Below, one piece after another: positions 1 through 14,650 of a stretch of DNA of 64,000 bases. The stretch covers positions 124,001 to 188,000 of the forward strand of contig JAHRHZ010000282.1 in NCBI GenBank assembly GCA_024137785.1, given 5' to 3'. The position numbers were made by a program, and so were the translations under genes. Every line of letters starts with the position of its first letter. Position 1 is the stretch's first letter. Below the pieces are notes generated by a model, which worked only from the letters and a program-made list of their open reading frames with translations, was not told the DNA's origin and ran no database searches. The stretch comes from Ginglymostoma cirratum. Taxonomy: Eukaryota.

Positions 1-1319
1 AAACATACAGAAGAATTGAAGGTCTTCCATTATTGTTATTCTAGGCGATGGGGTAAAAGCAAAGATGGCTTCGTTCGTGGATGACCCCGAGCCACCAATC
101 TTTCTGTTAAACGCCAATCGCACTGACCAATTGCACGACAGAAGCTGATGATCTCAAAGCTTGCACGATCCCCTAAAACAGGGTGTCATTGTGTTAAAGC
201 TTCAGATTGATGCTTCCGGAATGTAAACTGTTCTCTATAAGTTTTACTTTTCCAAAATAAAGACTCGGACATTCGATGTGAAGACCTGGGAATAATTTGA
301 TCAGACCAACTGCAGAAATACCCATGTCACCGGAGCTGTTTCTCTTCAAGTCTTTCGGTATCTTATCTGTTCACAAGTTTCCTGAAGCTGAGATGAGGTT
401 TCAATTCCTGTCGTGTAGTAACGAGAAACCTTTCAATGCCTCAGATCAGTTACTGTCACTGAGAACACCAGAGTCAATGCCCCAATCTCTAAAAGAACGG
501 GAAGGTGCCATGACCATCTCGGCTGTGTCGAACCACTTAGCCACCATTCTCCTCTGGTGTTGATTCATAAAGAGTTTCTAAAGTTCATAAAGATAGGGCT
601 GGGTTTTCTGTTCTGTTCCCTTCACACTTTTCCACTTGCCAAATGACAATAAGGCCCTACAGTCTTTCCACAATTTTCAGCTTTGCATCAGGTCTAGAGG
701 TGAGGAAATTCAGTTTTATGGAGCGTTTCCCAAGGCCGGGATTGTTTTGAAACAATAAAGAAATTGCTGGAGAAACTCAGCTTCAGTGGAGAGAGAAACA
801 GGGCTAATGTTTCCAATACCGTATGATTTTCATTGAGAAGTAGCGTTTCCTATATGTGAACAAATGAAGCATTCCGAGAAAATGTGGTTGTGTAAGCGGG
901 AACTTATCTCAAAAACTGCAACGGCAGGTAACACAATCACAAGGATTCGAACCTATACTAGAAATAAATTCAAACTACTTTCCGCGTGGCTTGCCTTGAC
1001 CAATCAGTCAAGAGTACCACGCTGTGTGTGCAGCAAATATTTTTCTTGGAATGATTTTGGCATGGGAGGCGAGGATTAGACTTATCCTATCCACGTCACA
1101 ACTTTGAAATTTTAATTGAGCTATACATATTGATAATAAATAGATTGGACGTGAAGAGCAAATTTACATGAACAGAGAGATGAATAATCGGGGCGTTGGG
1201 TCGAGAAAGACCTTGCATTTATAAAACGAGTTTCATCGCTACCTGAATCAAAAACTGCTCGCAGCTAAGAAAGTACTTATGAAGCAGATTCATATTTAAA
1301 CACCCACAAAAAACAACAT

Positions 1320-1945
1320 CTTTCTCCTCGCAGACTTGCTCTGACCTGCTGAGTTTTCCCAACATTTTATGTTTGGGAATTAGTGAGAGAAATGTCTGGT
1401 TAGTTCGCCATTGTCCTGCAGGCTTGACATGGATTTCCAGAGCCTGAGAGTTACAAAGTTTGCATTAACAATGACTGTTCCCAGTTTGATCACACGTGGA
1501 AACTTATGTTTAAATTGTTCTGCAGAAATTATCACCTACTGGTAAATTTACTGAACTTGTCTGCAGGCCCCCCCCTAAAGGCTCTCAGGACAGTGGTTCA
1601 AATTCCAAAGGGAAAACAAACACTGGGAATGTCATTGCAGGACAGTCGCATCTGAGAGAGACAATTCGCATACTTCATGTTTCGAATCTGGAGTACTCAG
1701 TTTTTCTTCGTGTTAACACTCCAGATTTAAAAGTTGTAAGGATTTGACACACAATTAACATATTCTAATTGGAAAAATACTGTATCACTGTTCTAGATAT
1801 GCGGAGAAAACTCACTTATTTGCCCCACCAGAGACTCCAGTGAGATCGTTTGTTCTGTGTTGAATTATACCCAGGACATTATAGGACCAGTAGTCTAATC
1901 ACAGATTAAGAATTGGGCTTTAAGACAGAAATGTAGAGAAAGTTT
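1320..1945. repeat. Unclassified ~620-bp sequence with an inverted homolog at 47340-47960
   Basis: Colinear reverse-complement matches along the length, e.g. gtttgggaattag / ctaattcccaaac, tgtttaaattgttctg / cagaacaatttaaaca, acatattcta / tagaatatgt. Confidence 0.75.
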
Positions 1946-2488
1946 TTTCATTTCTTTCTTCAGGATAGTGAACTTTTCGAGATCTTGTCTGCAGTGAGCT
2001 GTAAATTTTAAGTAGCTAAGTATATTCAAGATGAGACAGACAGAGCATCAATTGGTGTGGAAATCAAGGGTGATGGGAAAAAGGCAGGAAAGTTGAATTG
2101 ATGATTCTGAGATCAGACTTGATCTCATTGAATGGTGGAGTAGAATCGATGGGCTAACTATTTTTCTTCTGCTCCTGAGTATTAATGCCTTGTAGACACA
2201 CTCACTGCAGGACAAGCAAACTGTGACCTGCACCTTTCACCTCCATTCTTGTGCAACCGATCGAGATCAATCCCAGGATTTGATATTACGCAATCCAACG
2301 GTGCCTAATATTTATTTCCCATCGTTGTATGGCCCTGGCGTGAACTGACTTGGTTTCTCAAACCAATTCAGTGGGTACTTGAGAGTTAATAAAATTGTTT
2401 GAGTTTGGACACATATACTGGCCAAAACAGATTGGCCAGAATCGATAACAGATTTCCTTTGTTAAGCACTCAGGAAACACACAGGATT

Positions 2489-2580
2489 CACACACAAATA
2501 TGCACGCACGCGCGCGCGTGCCCACACACACATAAACACACACAAACACACACACACACACGTGCGCGCGCGCATGCACG
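2489..2580. repeat. (CA)n/(CG)n microsatellite
   Basis: Seen directly. Confidence 0.9.
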
Positions 2581-3188
2581 TAACATATTTAAATGCCAAT
2601 AGTTTATTGTGCACTATTTCAGAGAACGTGGTTGAATTTCAGCTTTTCATTCAAATTCTGCTCGTTTTGTAGGATTGGAACAGATGTCCTAAAAGCATTA
2701 GCTGGGTCTCCGGGTTGCTAATTCAGCACAGTTACCTGCTCCCCCGAACCATATGTGAAATGAAAGCAATAAACACAAGGGCACTTATCAAAAAAAAGAG
2801 AAAAAATGAATTGGTCTGACGCATGAAAGCAGGAAATAATGAGTAATGTGTCTGAGATTCGTGAAGACAGAACTTGACCTCAGCACAGCGCCTGCCATCA
2901 GCAGCTCCACATGATGGAGACGAAACACTTTGATTCGTGGGTAAAGGGTGTAAAGCCAGCCAGCTTTTCAACCACAAGGAGGGTGGAATCGTCCTTCTTG
3001 TCAATATTACAAATGGAAATCAGGCAGCAATTAAATCATCTGTTCGATCAGTGAAGCGCAAGAAAGGTGATTGTTCTAATTTACTTGTTCCTTTGGATAC
3101 TCTCACAAGAAACAAATGAGGGAAGCTTTGAAAGTGGCACAGAGCAAAGGCATAGAGTTTGTGTAATTCCATCAGTTTCTGAAACACA

Positions 3189-3258
3189 ATGCACGGTGCA
3201 GCAAATGTGCACAGTTTTGCCATTTTGTATCCCATTCTCGCTGTTGTTGGTGTCTCTG
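3189..3258 (+). pseudogene. GPR139-like GPCR first coding exon
   Basis: ATG..G|gtaagt reads MHGAANVHSFAILYPILAVVGVS(G), like the N-terminus/TM1 start of elasmobranch GPR139-like receptors. Exon and ~130 bp upstream are homologous to 54703-54870 (minus). Confidence 0.6.
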
Positions 3259-4166
3259 GTAAGTCACGATGTTAAACAAGTTATTTACTATTTTCTAAAT
3301 GTTATCTGATTTTGTCTCGTCCTCTACATTTTTATTTCAAATATTTATTGCTGCATGAATTGCACTTGTTTCAAACTATACCAGACATAATGTGATAATT
3401 AAATTGTGTAAAGCGTAGCAATTGTGTTTGTATTATGCGGTAAAGCATGCTATTATTTAATTTGCAATATTCCACTTTTACAGAAATAGCTTTTAGTCGA
3501 TTTGTGAAATATGTCTGCCAATGTTTGGCGTTGCCTGAATCATTAATAATTGGTATTATTAAGCATTAGGTTTTACTATAATAATGTAAAGTGCATTCTA
3601 CCCTAGTTAGTGTTGTTCGAAGTAATAATGAATCAAAGTGCCGTGAAGTGCGTGACTTACAAGTGTATCTGAAAATGGACGATTACATTTATTTAATAAA
3701 TTGTAACATGCAATATATTTGGTCGTTACACTCATGGATACTCCGACTTCAGGAACGACTTAATTGTTACAGTATCTTACTGTATAGTGATTACCCACTT
3801 TACAGTCCCACTGTTAATGTGGTCATGTGCACTTACATTTGTTTTAATCGTTAGTGGGATGTGAAAGTCGTTTCCACAGTGAATATATGCTGCTCATGCA
3901 GAGTTCTGATGGACTCTGAATGTAATTATTGATTACAACACAGAGTGAAGGATAAAGAGAGAATTCTGAATTGGCCATTTCTCAAATTAAGTTGGGCGAT
4001 GATGAAGTTCTTAAAAATTGGGATAACTTTTTGAGCTACCTTCCAGAGGAAAATCGAAATCATCTGAAAGAGTTATTATCATTTGCTCTGTAAATACTTA
4101 ATACCATGACTGACATGCTTACACAATCCCGAACTATATCATGGCTCACTCAAGAAGCAACCAGAA

Positions 4167-4465
4167 ATCATAGAAACCGGACACTGTGGGAACAGGCCAT
4201 TTAACCCAACAAGTCCACACTGCCCCTCCGAAGAACATGCCACCCAGACGTATTCCCCTAATCTCACCCAAACACCCTTGGATACCAGGAGCAATTTAGC
4301 ATGGTCAATGGACCTACGCTACACACCTTTGGATTGTGGGAAGAAACCGGAGAAAACCCAAGCATACAGGGTGAAAATGTGGAAAGTCCACACAGGTAGC
4401 TGCCCAAGGCTGGAATGGAACCTGGGCCCCTGGTGTTGTGAGACAGCCATGCTAGCCACTGAGGT
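4167..4465 (-). mobile_element. tRNA-derived V-SINE (HE1-like)
   Basis: tRNA-like head plus V-domain core (ggtttcttcccacaatccaaagg...ccatgctaaattg on minus). Confidence 0.75.
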
Positions 4466-6321
4466 ACTAGGCCGTCCCATTCAACTTGCGTTTTTTCAAG
4501 AGTCACGTGCCTTTAAATATTCAATGTTTTGGCTTCAATAATATTTGGAGCGATATTTTACCGAAGACACATGGGTCTCTGTGACAAACAAAGTAACTCC
4601 TCATCTCTATCTGATTTTGAAGTTGATAAAAGATAGTTCAGCCTTTGGTGGTAATGTGATTAAATGTCAAGGGGACACTGTCAGTTCCTCCCTTTCTGGC
4701 AATCACTATTGCCTGGAATGTCTGTGATGTAAATGTAAGTTGGCAATGATTGCCCAAAAGTTTGTCCAGACCAGTTTTTAATTCAATAATTCATGTTTCA
4801 CTCATAAATCGAACTGAGATGATCCAATTACTGATCTTATTAAGTGAAATCATGCTACTATATGACATTTTGATAACATTCATAGATTTAATGCTGATAA
4901 GGTTGCCTGTGAATGATCTGAATTTACTTAAAGCCATATTTCCCTTTGAGCATACATCAGAGCCTTTAACATTTTACAAGAAGTCAACAGACTCTTCATT
5001 TCCTCACCGTAAATTACAAATTGTACGTCAGGTTCTGTTGGAGACAAATAATGGGACCACTTTTCGGAAACCCAATTTGACAGATAGATCACATTGCGTA
5101 ATGTATTTCAATGATATGGTTTTAGCCGATAGTTTTTGGAAGACAGTAGAAAACGTTGTCACGGCGCTGGGTAAGGGAACACCACTTTTGGCTATTTTGA
5201 GATGTGAGTTTAACAAAAATGCTTCTTGATTTTGTTTTCAATCAGCGAAAATATAATCGTTAATTGAAAAAGGTGAAAAGTTGTCATTTATTTCTGATTC
5301 TGATCTATCGTAAATTAGATTCATGTTTATTTTCGAGAGATTGTAAGGATTGTAAGGATGCACCTAGTGCCTCCAAAATTCAGCTGAACCAAACTTGCTT
5401 CTGTCCACACACCTTAGATTATAGCATTTCTCTCTAATACATCAACTCTTTTAGGCAGGAATTCGCCCAGGCCAGTGTCACTTCAGCCACTTGTAACACA
5501 GAAATGTTAAAACTATGTGATTGGAGTCATGTAAAGACATAGTTATCAAGTCTGATATAAATCAATCTCACAGACATTCACACTTCGAATTTAAAAGAGA
5601 AGCAGGCAAATTGTGTCTCACAGTTTAGGTCTAAAGTAAACAGAAAAGACGAAAAAAAAATCGGAAGAATCATACTCGTTCTGTTGTTAAAGAGCAGGAG
5701 GAGGCAATTGGACTGAGGTCATAATGCTAACCTAGGGTCACCAGTCAATGAAATGGTTCTGAAACCTGCTCTGATTCTTTTCATTCATTTTATCCTACCA
5801 TCGCTAACATGATCACCATATATTGACTCCACATGTGGATGTGGTAGCACCTTCTAAAACTGCTGCAGTCCATGTGGTCCGATGGAGAAGAACTAGCAAA
5901 CACCAGCAGAAGACTTTATCGGATCAATATGGTTGTGCGTGCCATTTCCGTTTCCAGTGCCTTGATTTGTGCTACGTCATCCAGCTAGTAGTCACAGCTT
6001 TTATTTGCCTCAGCAGGGATTTGGTACAATGAGTGAGTTGTTTCACCTCTTTCAGAATTTGCAACTTTGCTGGTGGAGTCACTGGAGTCATATACCGGCT
6101 AAGTATGGACAAATGCAACACATTAGGTTTTTTGACAGTTTTTTCATTGTCACCATTGGATGAAAATTTGATCCCAGATTTAAGAAGTGGATTGAGTTTG
6201 CACATTCTGCAGTTGAAGGAATCGAAACTCCGTTTACAAACATTATTCTGGGTTCATGGATTTCCAGTCCAGGAAAATTACGACAAAGCAATCATGTCAC
6301 CAACGATTGCGTGATTTATCC

Positions 6322-6459
6322 NNNNNNNNNNNNNNNNNNNNNNNNNNNNNNNNNNNNNNNNNNNNNNNNNNNNNNNNNNNNNNNNNNNNNNNNNNNNNNN
6401 NNNNNNNNNNNNNNNNNNNNNNNNNNNNNNNNNNNNNNNNNNNNNNNNNNNNNNNNNNN
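6322..6459. other. Assembly gap (138 N)
   Basis: Run of N. Confidence 1.
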
Positions 6460-7304
6460 ATTCACTGGCAACAAGTGTGAGTCACTGGGCAACATTCAGC
6501 AGCAAGAACATAAGGTGATTCTCTAATAGTAACCCTCAGACATTGGTTAACGATCAAAACCAGGATTGTAAGTTGATTTCACCAACTAATCCAGTATTAC
6601 TGGACAATGTTAAAGACAAGGAGTCTTGTCTGTTTCAGCCATTCCATATGAGGTTTAATGGGTAAATATTAGAAGCAGGACTTGTGTCCCTATCCCATAA
6701 TAAATACAGAGTCACTGAGAAATTACCAGGGGAAATTGAAATTATTACACTGTCTTATTTCTCCTAATTAACCCGGAAGTGACAGATAATGATGGGGAGC
6801 AGGATTTGGATTGGTTTCTCATGAATACTCCACAGTCAATTCATTCTGTAAAAAAAGCCTGCTTGATTCCCTGATAATCAATTAATAATGATCAGATGCT
6901 TTTACTGAGTTGATTTCATATCACAGCCACCCAGCCTATTCTGAACTGTTTAACTGAGTTCATTCCAACTTCTTATACTACTGCTCAACTCGCTTGATGC
7001 TGATTGTTTCTGAAACTTTCAATTCTGTTCTACTGTACGCTGTAAGCAGATTACCCATTTTGCTTCATTACCTGAAGTGCTATTACTTCTGTGCTATTTC
7101 ATGCTCATACTATTTTGTATTAAGGGGTAGGTTTTGTTGAAAGGTGCATTATTTTAACAGGAAAAAATGTTGTGAAAGTTGAAATTATTTTAGTCCTTCG
7201 CTTGCCACATTAATGCATCGATAATATTAACAAATACACAATCAAGCTGGTAAGTTTGCTTCGAAGCTAACTTAAATTTTGTTTTTACTTGCATTTCTTT
7301 GCAG

Positions 7305-8010
7305 TTAACTTACTGACTATTTTGGCATCGTTTCGTTAAAAAAGCATTCTATCCAAATGCAGCATCCAATACCTTTGGGCTGTGGCTGCAGGGGATCTAC
7401 AGTTATAGTTCTTGATCTAATGTGGAGACATATTCCCAACGTTTCCGCATCACTGTTTCTTTCCCTGTATTCTGTCCGTGTGTGCAATATCCATGTTGTC
7501 CTGGTTTACATAGTCACTTATTGTTCTGTCTTGTTCACTGTCGCTTTCACTTTTGATATATTTGTGGTCATTTTTTGTCAAAAGCTGAACTGTAAATCAT
7601 GCACTATGAAAACAGCAGTTGTGCTTCTAGTTACAGTGACTGTATTGAACTGCATCAAACTCATTTTCTGGTATTTTGTGTTAATGTATGAGGATTGGTT
7701 GGAAAACATTCCTTGGTTTTGTGGTGGAATAATTGATATTCTTGAACCTCCTATTTCAGGTTCAATAGTTTCCTTCATCACATTCTAAGTCCTGTGATTC
7801 CATTTGTCCTCATTCTCTTGTTCAATTCTTTAACTATTATACATAATTTGGTGACAAGCAGAGCCCACAAGGAACTGCAAAGTCAGAGCAGGGAGGGCAT
7901 TGCCAGCAATCCAGAGTTGGAAATCCGAAGGAAATCTATTATTATCCTATTTGTCATCTCAGGGAATTTCATCCTGTTATGGACAGCTTCTGCCACATTG
8001 ATTGCCCCAT
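7305..8010 (+). pseudogene. GPR139-like class A GPCR pseudogene, main exon, 3'-truncated
   Basis: Acceptor ttctttgcag|; VNLLTIL..., VCNIHVVLVYIVTYCSVLFTVAFTFDIFVVIFCQKL (TM3/DRY region), IPFVLILLFNSLT, RRKSIIILFVISGNFILLW; stops and frameshifts. Confidence 0.8.
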
Positions 8011-9169
8011 TGTATCAATATAAATGTACATTGTCAGCTGTTGACAAGTATAACTGAAACAACCGCTAAAACAATTTGGAAATAATAATATTAGTATTAT
8101 TGTCATTAATAATAATTGTAACAACATCAACGACGACAACAACAATGACCTGAGTCGCCTGCAATGTTGTTTGCTATGCACCTTCCCGTACGACACAGTG
8201 GTGGTGACATTGTTAATTGTGGGCCTCATAGCAGTTTTAACATCAAAACTTTTGAAGTGTGGTTCCAGTCGTGGCACACGAATTGTGGTAAATATCGAGC
8301 ACAAAACGAGCACCAAATGAATAGTAATTTGATAATATCTCGATAAATCATGAGTTAAGATATTCAAGAGGAGAGTAAGTTCCATGAGTTTAGCATCTCC
8401 TTTGAAAAGTGACATAGAAATCGACACTGAAGCAACAAATGCTTGAGATTACAGCGAGTAAGACAGCATCGACAGAGAGGGAAGAAGCTAACGCTTTAGT
8501 ACGCATGACACTTCATCAGAGCTGAAGTGAAGTCTGGACGGGGGCATCATTAATGTTACAGTTTGAGGAGTTGGAAGTGGGGGGTGAAGAATGCTTCAGA
8601 GAAAGGAAGTGGATAGTTCAGATTAAGCGGTTGGTATGTGGGAATGGCAGAAGAATGGATTGTCTAACTGATAGACTTGAAGGGGAAGACAGTCACACTG
8701 GAGTGGGAGGAGGGGAGAGAGGACGTAGCAACAGAGAATGTAACAATTGAAACTAAAAGAAAGGGAAGAAATGGGAGAATGTAACAAGTAAAACCAATTT
8801 AAATGGGAGTTAGTTCATAATTTGAAGGCGTTGAACTCAATATTATGTCCAGAAGCCTGTAAATTGCATAATCTGAAGATGTGATCATAGTGGGAATATG
8901 ATGATCGTTCTTCTGGAGACTGAAAACTACAGTTTGAAACATTTTTCCGCCGCATTCTGTGATTATATCGGTGAGTAAGAGTATGCCCGAAACTCAGATT
9001 TGACAGTGAGTGAGTGAAAGCATGCTAGTGTGTGAAAAAAATTTGTGAGTGACAGAGTGTATGGGTGTATGAGAAATACTGGAAATGAGAGAGTTTATAA
9101 TGAATATCATGCTTTTGACAGAGTGATTGTGCATGTGAGTGAGATTTTGAATATGAGAGAATGCATGAG

Positions 9170-9427
9170 TTTGACCGAGAAAGGAAAAAGAAATAAAGAG
9201 TGAAAGAAAGAGAAGAAGAACGAAAGGAATAAATGAAGGAAGAGAGGAAGAAAGAAAGAGAGAAAGAACAAACGTGAGAAAGAAAGGAAGAGAGGAGAAA
9301 GAAATTTAAAGGGAGAGAAAGAAAGAGAAAGAAAGACAGCAAGAGAGAAAGAGGGAAAGACGGAAAGAAAGAGAGAAAGAAAGAAAGAGAGAGAAAGAAA
9401 GAGAGAAAGACGTAAAGAAAGAAATAA
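9170..9427. repeat. GA-rich polypurine low-complexity tract
   Basis: Seen directly; source of spurious ORF 9025-9450. Confidence 0.9.
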
Positions 9428-12400
9428 GTAATAACCTCATCTTCCGACATTTAAAACGCCATCTTTATCTCGCCAATGCCAGCCCAGTCATGCTCCAAAT
9501 ACCTCTCACATCTCAATGTCCCTTTAATTATTTTCTGTTCTGCATTCCTGATTTTGAATTCAATCCCAGTGCCATTAATGCATTTAACTGCTAGAGCCTG
9601 AGTCTTTTGAGATTAGTTTCTCAATGACATTCCTTCTTTGTTTCGGACGTTACTTATAATCTAATTTCTGCCTCAAGGATGTTTTCATTTATGGATTTAA
9701 CATTATGGATTTGTGCATCTTCATGCGGAAGCTATGTTTGCTTAAACTCCTGTAAGAATTTCAGCACTCGTGTTACAGCTGGCACAACTCTCTCTACTAA
9801 TGTGGAAACTGGAGATTGCCAAATAAGGTTGACATTACCATGGGAGCCTCCCGTTCCACTAATGACTGAACATATGGCTATCCAAAACGAACAAATGCAT
9901 TGGGACAAGACGACATGCCCAGTAGACTTAACATCTACCAACTGCAATTCCCTCCTTTAAAGGTTTCGATTCTTAATTCCAAAGCCTGCATTAATAATAA
10001 GGAATCTCAACTGGATCTCACTATATGATAACTAATACTTCATTCCAAACTTGGTGCTACAGATTCGTGCAATAAACAGGAAGATTTTTACCTTAAATTG
10101 CAGCTAACGTAGTGATTGAGCTCTCATAATCCATTTTCTACACTGTGATAAGACCATGGGACAAACTGCAAGCTGCTACGTTATGATATGCTATTACTTT
10201 CCATAATGATAATAATAATAAAAAACGGCAGCTTGCTACTTTAGGGTAAAACCTAATGTCCAAAAAATAACATTGACTTCACTAGGCCACACACGAAGTT
10301 CCATGTTTCAGCCATACAATAAACAGCATTTTCAGAAATATATCATAATAAATTGGAATACACGCTTAAGTAATGGACTATAGCTTATCATTACGAAGTT
10401 CACTATTATCCAAGGCACATATATAGGTAATTGGTTACCATCCCTTATGTTCAGACAGCGATGGATGTCAGAAAAATGCATCCAGATGCTGAAAGGGGAG
10501 ATAAATCACTTCCAGAGTTTCATGCCACTATGAATAACTTATCTGAGATCTATTCCTTCCTAGGAATGCTAATAATTATGAGAATCGGATAGCAGACGAC
10601 ATAAAGGGGAAGAATAGCTTGTCCATGCATTGCCTTTCAGAAATGAAACTACTTCCAAAAGTTGTGCAGCTCGGCTCTGCCAAATATTCATGTTGTCCCT
10701 CATTTATTCCTAGTGAGACGGACAATGGAATTTCAAATTGCCGTTAAATTACAATCTATCGAACGAACAGGTTGAATCACGGTTCTATGCCTTTCTGTTT
10801 CAATATTGAAAGGAGAATGATGTTACTATACTTGTAGCTGGACTGCTGTCTGTCTCCCTCTCACCATAAACCACGTCTTTAAGTCAATAACAAGTGTAAC
10901 TGCTTTTTCTAGATGCAGAGATTAGATAATATCACGAACCTAAATCAGTCCATTCCCATCTCTTCCATGTTCTAAATTGTAGTATGTTCACGATTATGCA
11001 AGGCACATACATATATTGGTAATGCGTTAGATTCCCTTACGTTTAGACAGCTTTGTAACTTTAGTTTATTCGGAATTATTTTAATATTTCAGCATTAACG
11101 TCACCTAAGTATTTCAATAGATTTAAATCATATCTATTCGAAATCATGATTCACCACGTAGTAGGGTATTCAAAATGAAGAGCATCGAAAGCAAATTCTG
11201 TACCAAGGGGAACTGCAGATCTGTTTTTGTTTCTGCTAAACAATACATGCAGGAAGGTGCAGCAAATGGTTGAGTCTGCGTAATAATATTAGATTGAATT
11301 ATAGTTTACAAATGCCTGACGCAGTGTAAAGAGTGTTTTTATTACATGGCGTCATATATGATGCATGGTTTAGATCTGTAGCATCAAGTGCACGAGTAAT
11401 GGAGACAAGATTAATGGAAGGTCGAACGTTGCAAGCTCTCGGGTGGTATTAACAGTAGATGACCGCTTGCAGCAAAAACTCAAAAAGTGCATAGTGCAAT
11501 ATGAAAACAAATATGGTGAACTGTGGAGATTCGCAAAGTGCCTACTCAAATCAAAAACACAAGCTTATGCGATTAGAGACGTAATGGAACCCAATGCTTT
11601 ACCCTTAGGTAATCATGAAAAATAATCAGAAGGCATGTTTAGAGTAGTCCATCAGTAAAACAGACATGCTCATGGTAATACAGAATGGTACATCATACAG
11701 TTTGGAAGCAGCTGAGAATGATCCTAATGGAATATACAAAGGCACTTTATCAAACTGAGTATTCACACCAGCACAATCTATTGCAATATAAACAGAGAAA
11801 GGAACTGGAGTAACATAATCAAAAGTAGGGTTGAGTGAAACAAAAATCGAGGCAAAGCCATTTGAAATAGGAACAATGACATTGTTTCGTGCAACACGAC
11901 CAGACTGTGTTTGGTTTCCTGGGTACTGTAATTAAGCGCTAAAAAATACGAATGTGTGGAGTAATATGAACAAAAAGATGAGTTACTGAAGAAGTAATTG
12001 AGATAGTCACTTGTTTCAGAGAGTATGTAGTGTAATAATCGCTGCTGTACTTAACAAGAAGCCAAGAGCTCTTGGTCAACTGGCAGTTGTCCCAACTGTG
12101 AGCCCGGACAGCCTGGTTCAAGTATTCCCTATTCCTGTAGTGTGTAGCAATCTGTGAACACGTAGAGGTATTTAATAATTGGTCACTTGCTAATGCAATG
12201 ATGGTTGGTGCCGAATGAAACACTTAGAGATTATCACAAAAGTCAGAAATTTTGTAGAGGCACTAAACCAAGTGGAAGCTAATGCCATTATCAACAAGAT
12301 CTGAATGACAACTGCAGCACAGAAGAAGGCAATTTATCCATTCCAGCTCTACTCATCAGCAATGTGCATAATATGAAACCCCTGTATCAGGGAACGTTGG

Positions 12401-14650
12401 AATGTTTCGATATATAGAACAATAATAAAATATCGACAATTTCAAAGCAAAAAAAAATCACCCTGACCATCGCTGACTGTGAAAATAGCCATCAAACCTA
12501 ATTAAATGTACCAGTATTGCTTTAATTCCATTTCCTTTTGCAATAAACATGAAGTTTCAAGGTTTACGGTGCACGTCCCTTTGCTGAGCGGGTTAAAGGC
12601 TGATGTCTCTGCTCTCATTTCAGCCGTCGAGTTCCAGACCATATATAGGGTCCACCTTAAAAACATTCTCTTCTTTCCTTGAAATGTTTTATCGAAAACT
12701 TTTAAAACGATGCACCTGTTTCACTAACGTCTCAAGTAAGGGAATACAAATTTTCAGTCTACTCTATCTCCGCCACTTATAAACTTTATTCCTTGAATCT
12801 TTATTTCTTGAACAATTAATCCATGTCGATACCGGTAATTTAATCTTGAGCATTAGTTCCTATAACAAGAGCAGGAGATTTCGAATATTTCCTGAGGAAA
12901 AGTAGCAACTAATTATTACAAAATAATCAATAAAACTTAGACTTGCCGAAACAATTCCTACACTTACCGTGAGCCAAAATTGTGGAACTCTCTTTTCACC
13001 AGAATTGTAGGTATTCTTACTCCTGAGGTCTGCAGTGGCTGAAGTAGGTTGTTCGTCCACTGCCTCGTCCACAGCAATTAGTGATTGACAAAAATTGCAG
13101 GCCTCGCAAATGATTCGCGCACCCATGAATGAATAAAAAAGTAACATGCTTGTTCTTCAGAGTTGACTGGAAGTAAGCTTTTAGGTGGAATGTCCTGCGT
13201 GCTTCTGTTTCTGACGTTCGCATCTTCCAAACTAAAACTTCCTTCTCTGTGTGAAAAAATGAGATCAGTAACAATGCAGACTGATCTGAAGAGTGAATGC
13301 AAACTGACCCACGTTCCACTGGTGCATACGGAATGAAGAGCAGATTTCATAGAAATATTTTAAATAATGCATGGGTTCAAAGATGCGATTGTGGAAAATC
13401 TTTATTTTGTCGATGATTGCAGAAAAAAGAACTATCAATTCACGAGTTCAATAACATAACAGATAGAGAAAGAAATTAAATTATTTTTTAAGAGGACCCA
13501 TTTAGAACATAGAGCTCATTGATAAATAGAGAGCATGAAACTGGTGGATTTGATGCAGTTATCAGAAGCAGGAATATTACAGGAGGGAGAAAGGAAAAGA
13601 AGAGAAAGGTGCTTTGGTGGAAAGGGTTTATTGTTGTGAGAGGGGTGAAAGGGTAGTGTCGAGTACAAATGTCTGGCATTCTCCAATTGACGGCCCATTA
13701 ACCCTGACCTGTGCATTTTACATAATGTAAAACTCAGCGGTTCGGGGAACATGCGGCCGAATCAAGCAATTGGTTGTACGAAATTTAAGTTGTCATGATA
13801 CAGCAGATGCACTTCCCAGTGAGTAACAGTAAAACCACAGCAGAATATACACAAACTGAAACTAACTGAAAATTCCGACTAGTAGGGCAAGTTCTCACGA
13901 TGGCAATAAATCTCAAACAAGTCACAATAGGGGCAGCAATAAAATCAGAAAAACAATATCACCTTGTAAATTCAAATTAAGGCGAAGTTGAAAAATCAAT
14001 TCCCTTGATGGAACAATATCGGTTCCATGATGCATTAAAGTGGCAAACCGAAATGGTTAATTTTTGACGGCTGAAGCTCAGCTCAATCGAATCTATTGTT
14101 TTTACTAGACCTCCGTGCGAGCAGCGAGAAGCACTTCTTAGATACTTTGGCATAAAATCTTCTTTGATAGTATTTGTACAACTGCAACTAGACTGGGGTT
14201 TATTCTTACACAAGAAAACTGAAATAAAAATTTAAAATCAAATATTCATGCATCTGTCACATTTTCAATATTCCTTATATCTGAAGCTTTAATACAAATA
14301 GTCTCACGACTCTCGCTGCTTTCCCAGGGCTCCATAAATTTGCTCAGCCCGTATATTTGTGTGGTTAAATTTTCCAAGTGCTCATTGTAACTGCTTTCTC
14401 CTTCCACTCCCTGTGTAAACAAAGAACTTAACATCTGTCTCGTGGACCAATTTCCCAGTAATAGTGTTCAAAATTTCAGTAAGTCATAATTGAAGTTAAT
14501 TTTCACAAAATACCAAAAGTATTTATTGAAAGAAAACACGTTTTCGTTTGATATATAATAGATTACCAAACAGTTAGTACCATTTGTATCGTGCACATCG
14601 GGTTCCCAAATTTCCCACATCCCACATCTACAAACCACTGCACACAGTTT

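Noticed and set aside
930-1020. tRNA-like sequence on the minus strand (GGTTCGAATCC)
   Set aside because: Only the B box is clear; no supportable cloverleaf.
11400-12400. Possible Gypsy-type pol relic (YAIRD motif)
   Set aside because: Only scattered weak motifs; cannot be supported without a search.
13017-13350. Overlapping ORFs with several Cys, faintly like the 53-kb sequence
   Set aside because: No convincing domain, leader or RSS; the similarity is too short to support a call.
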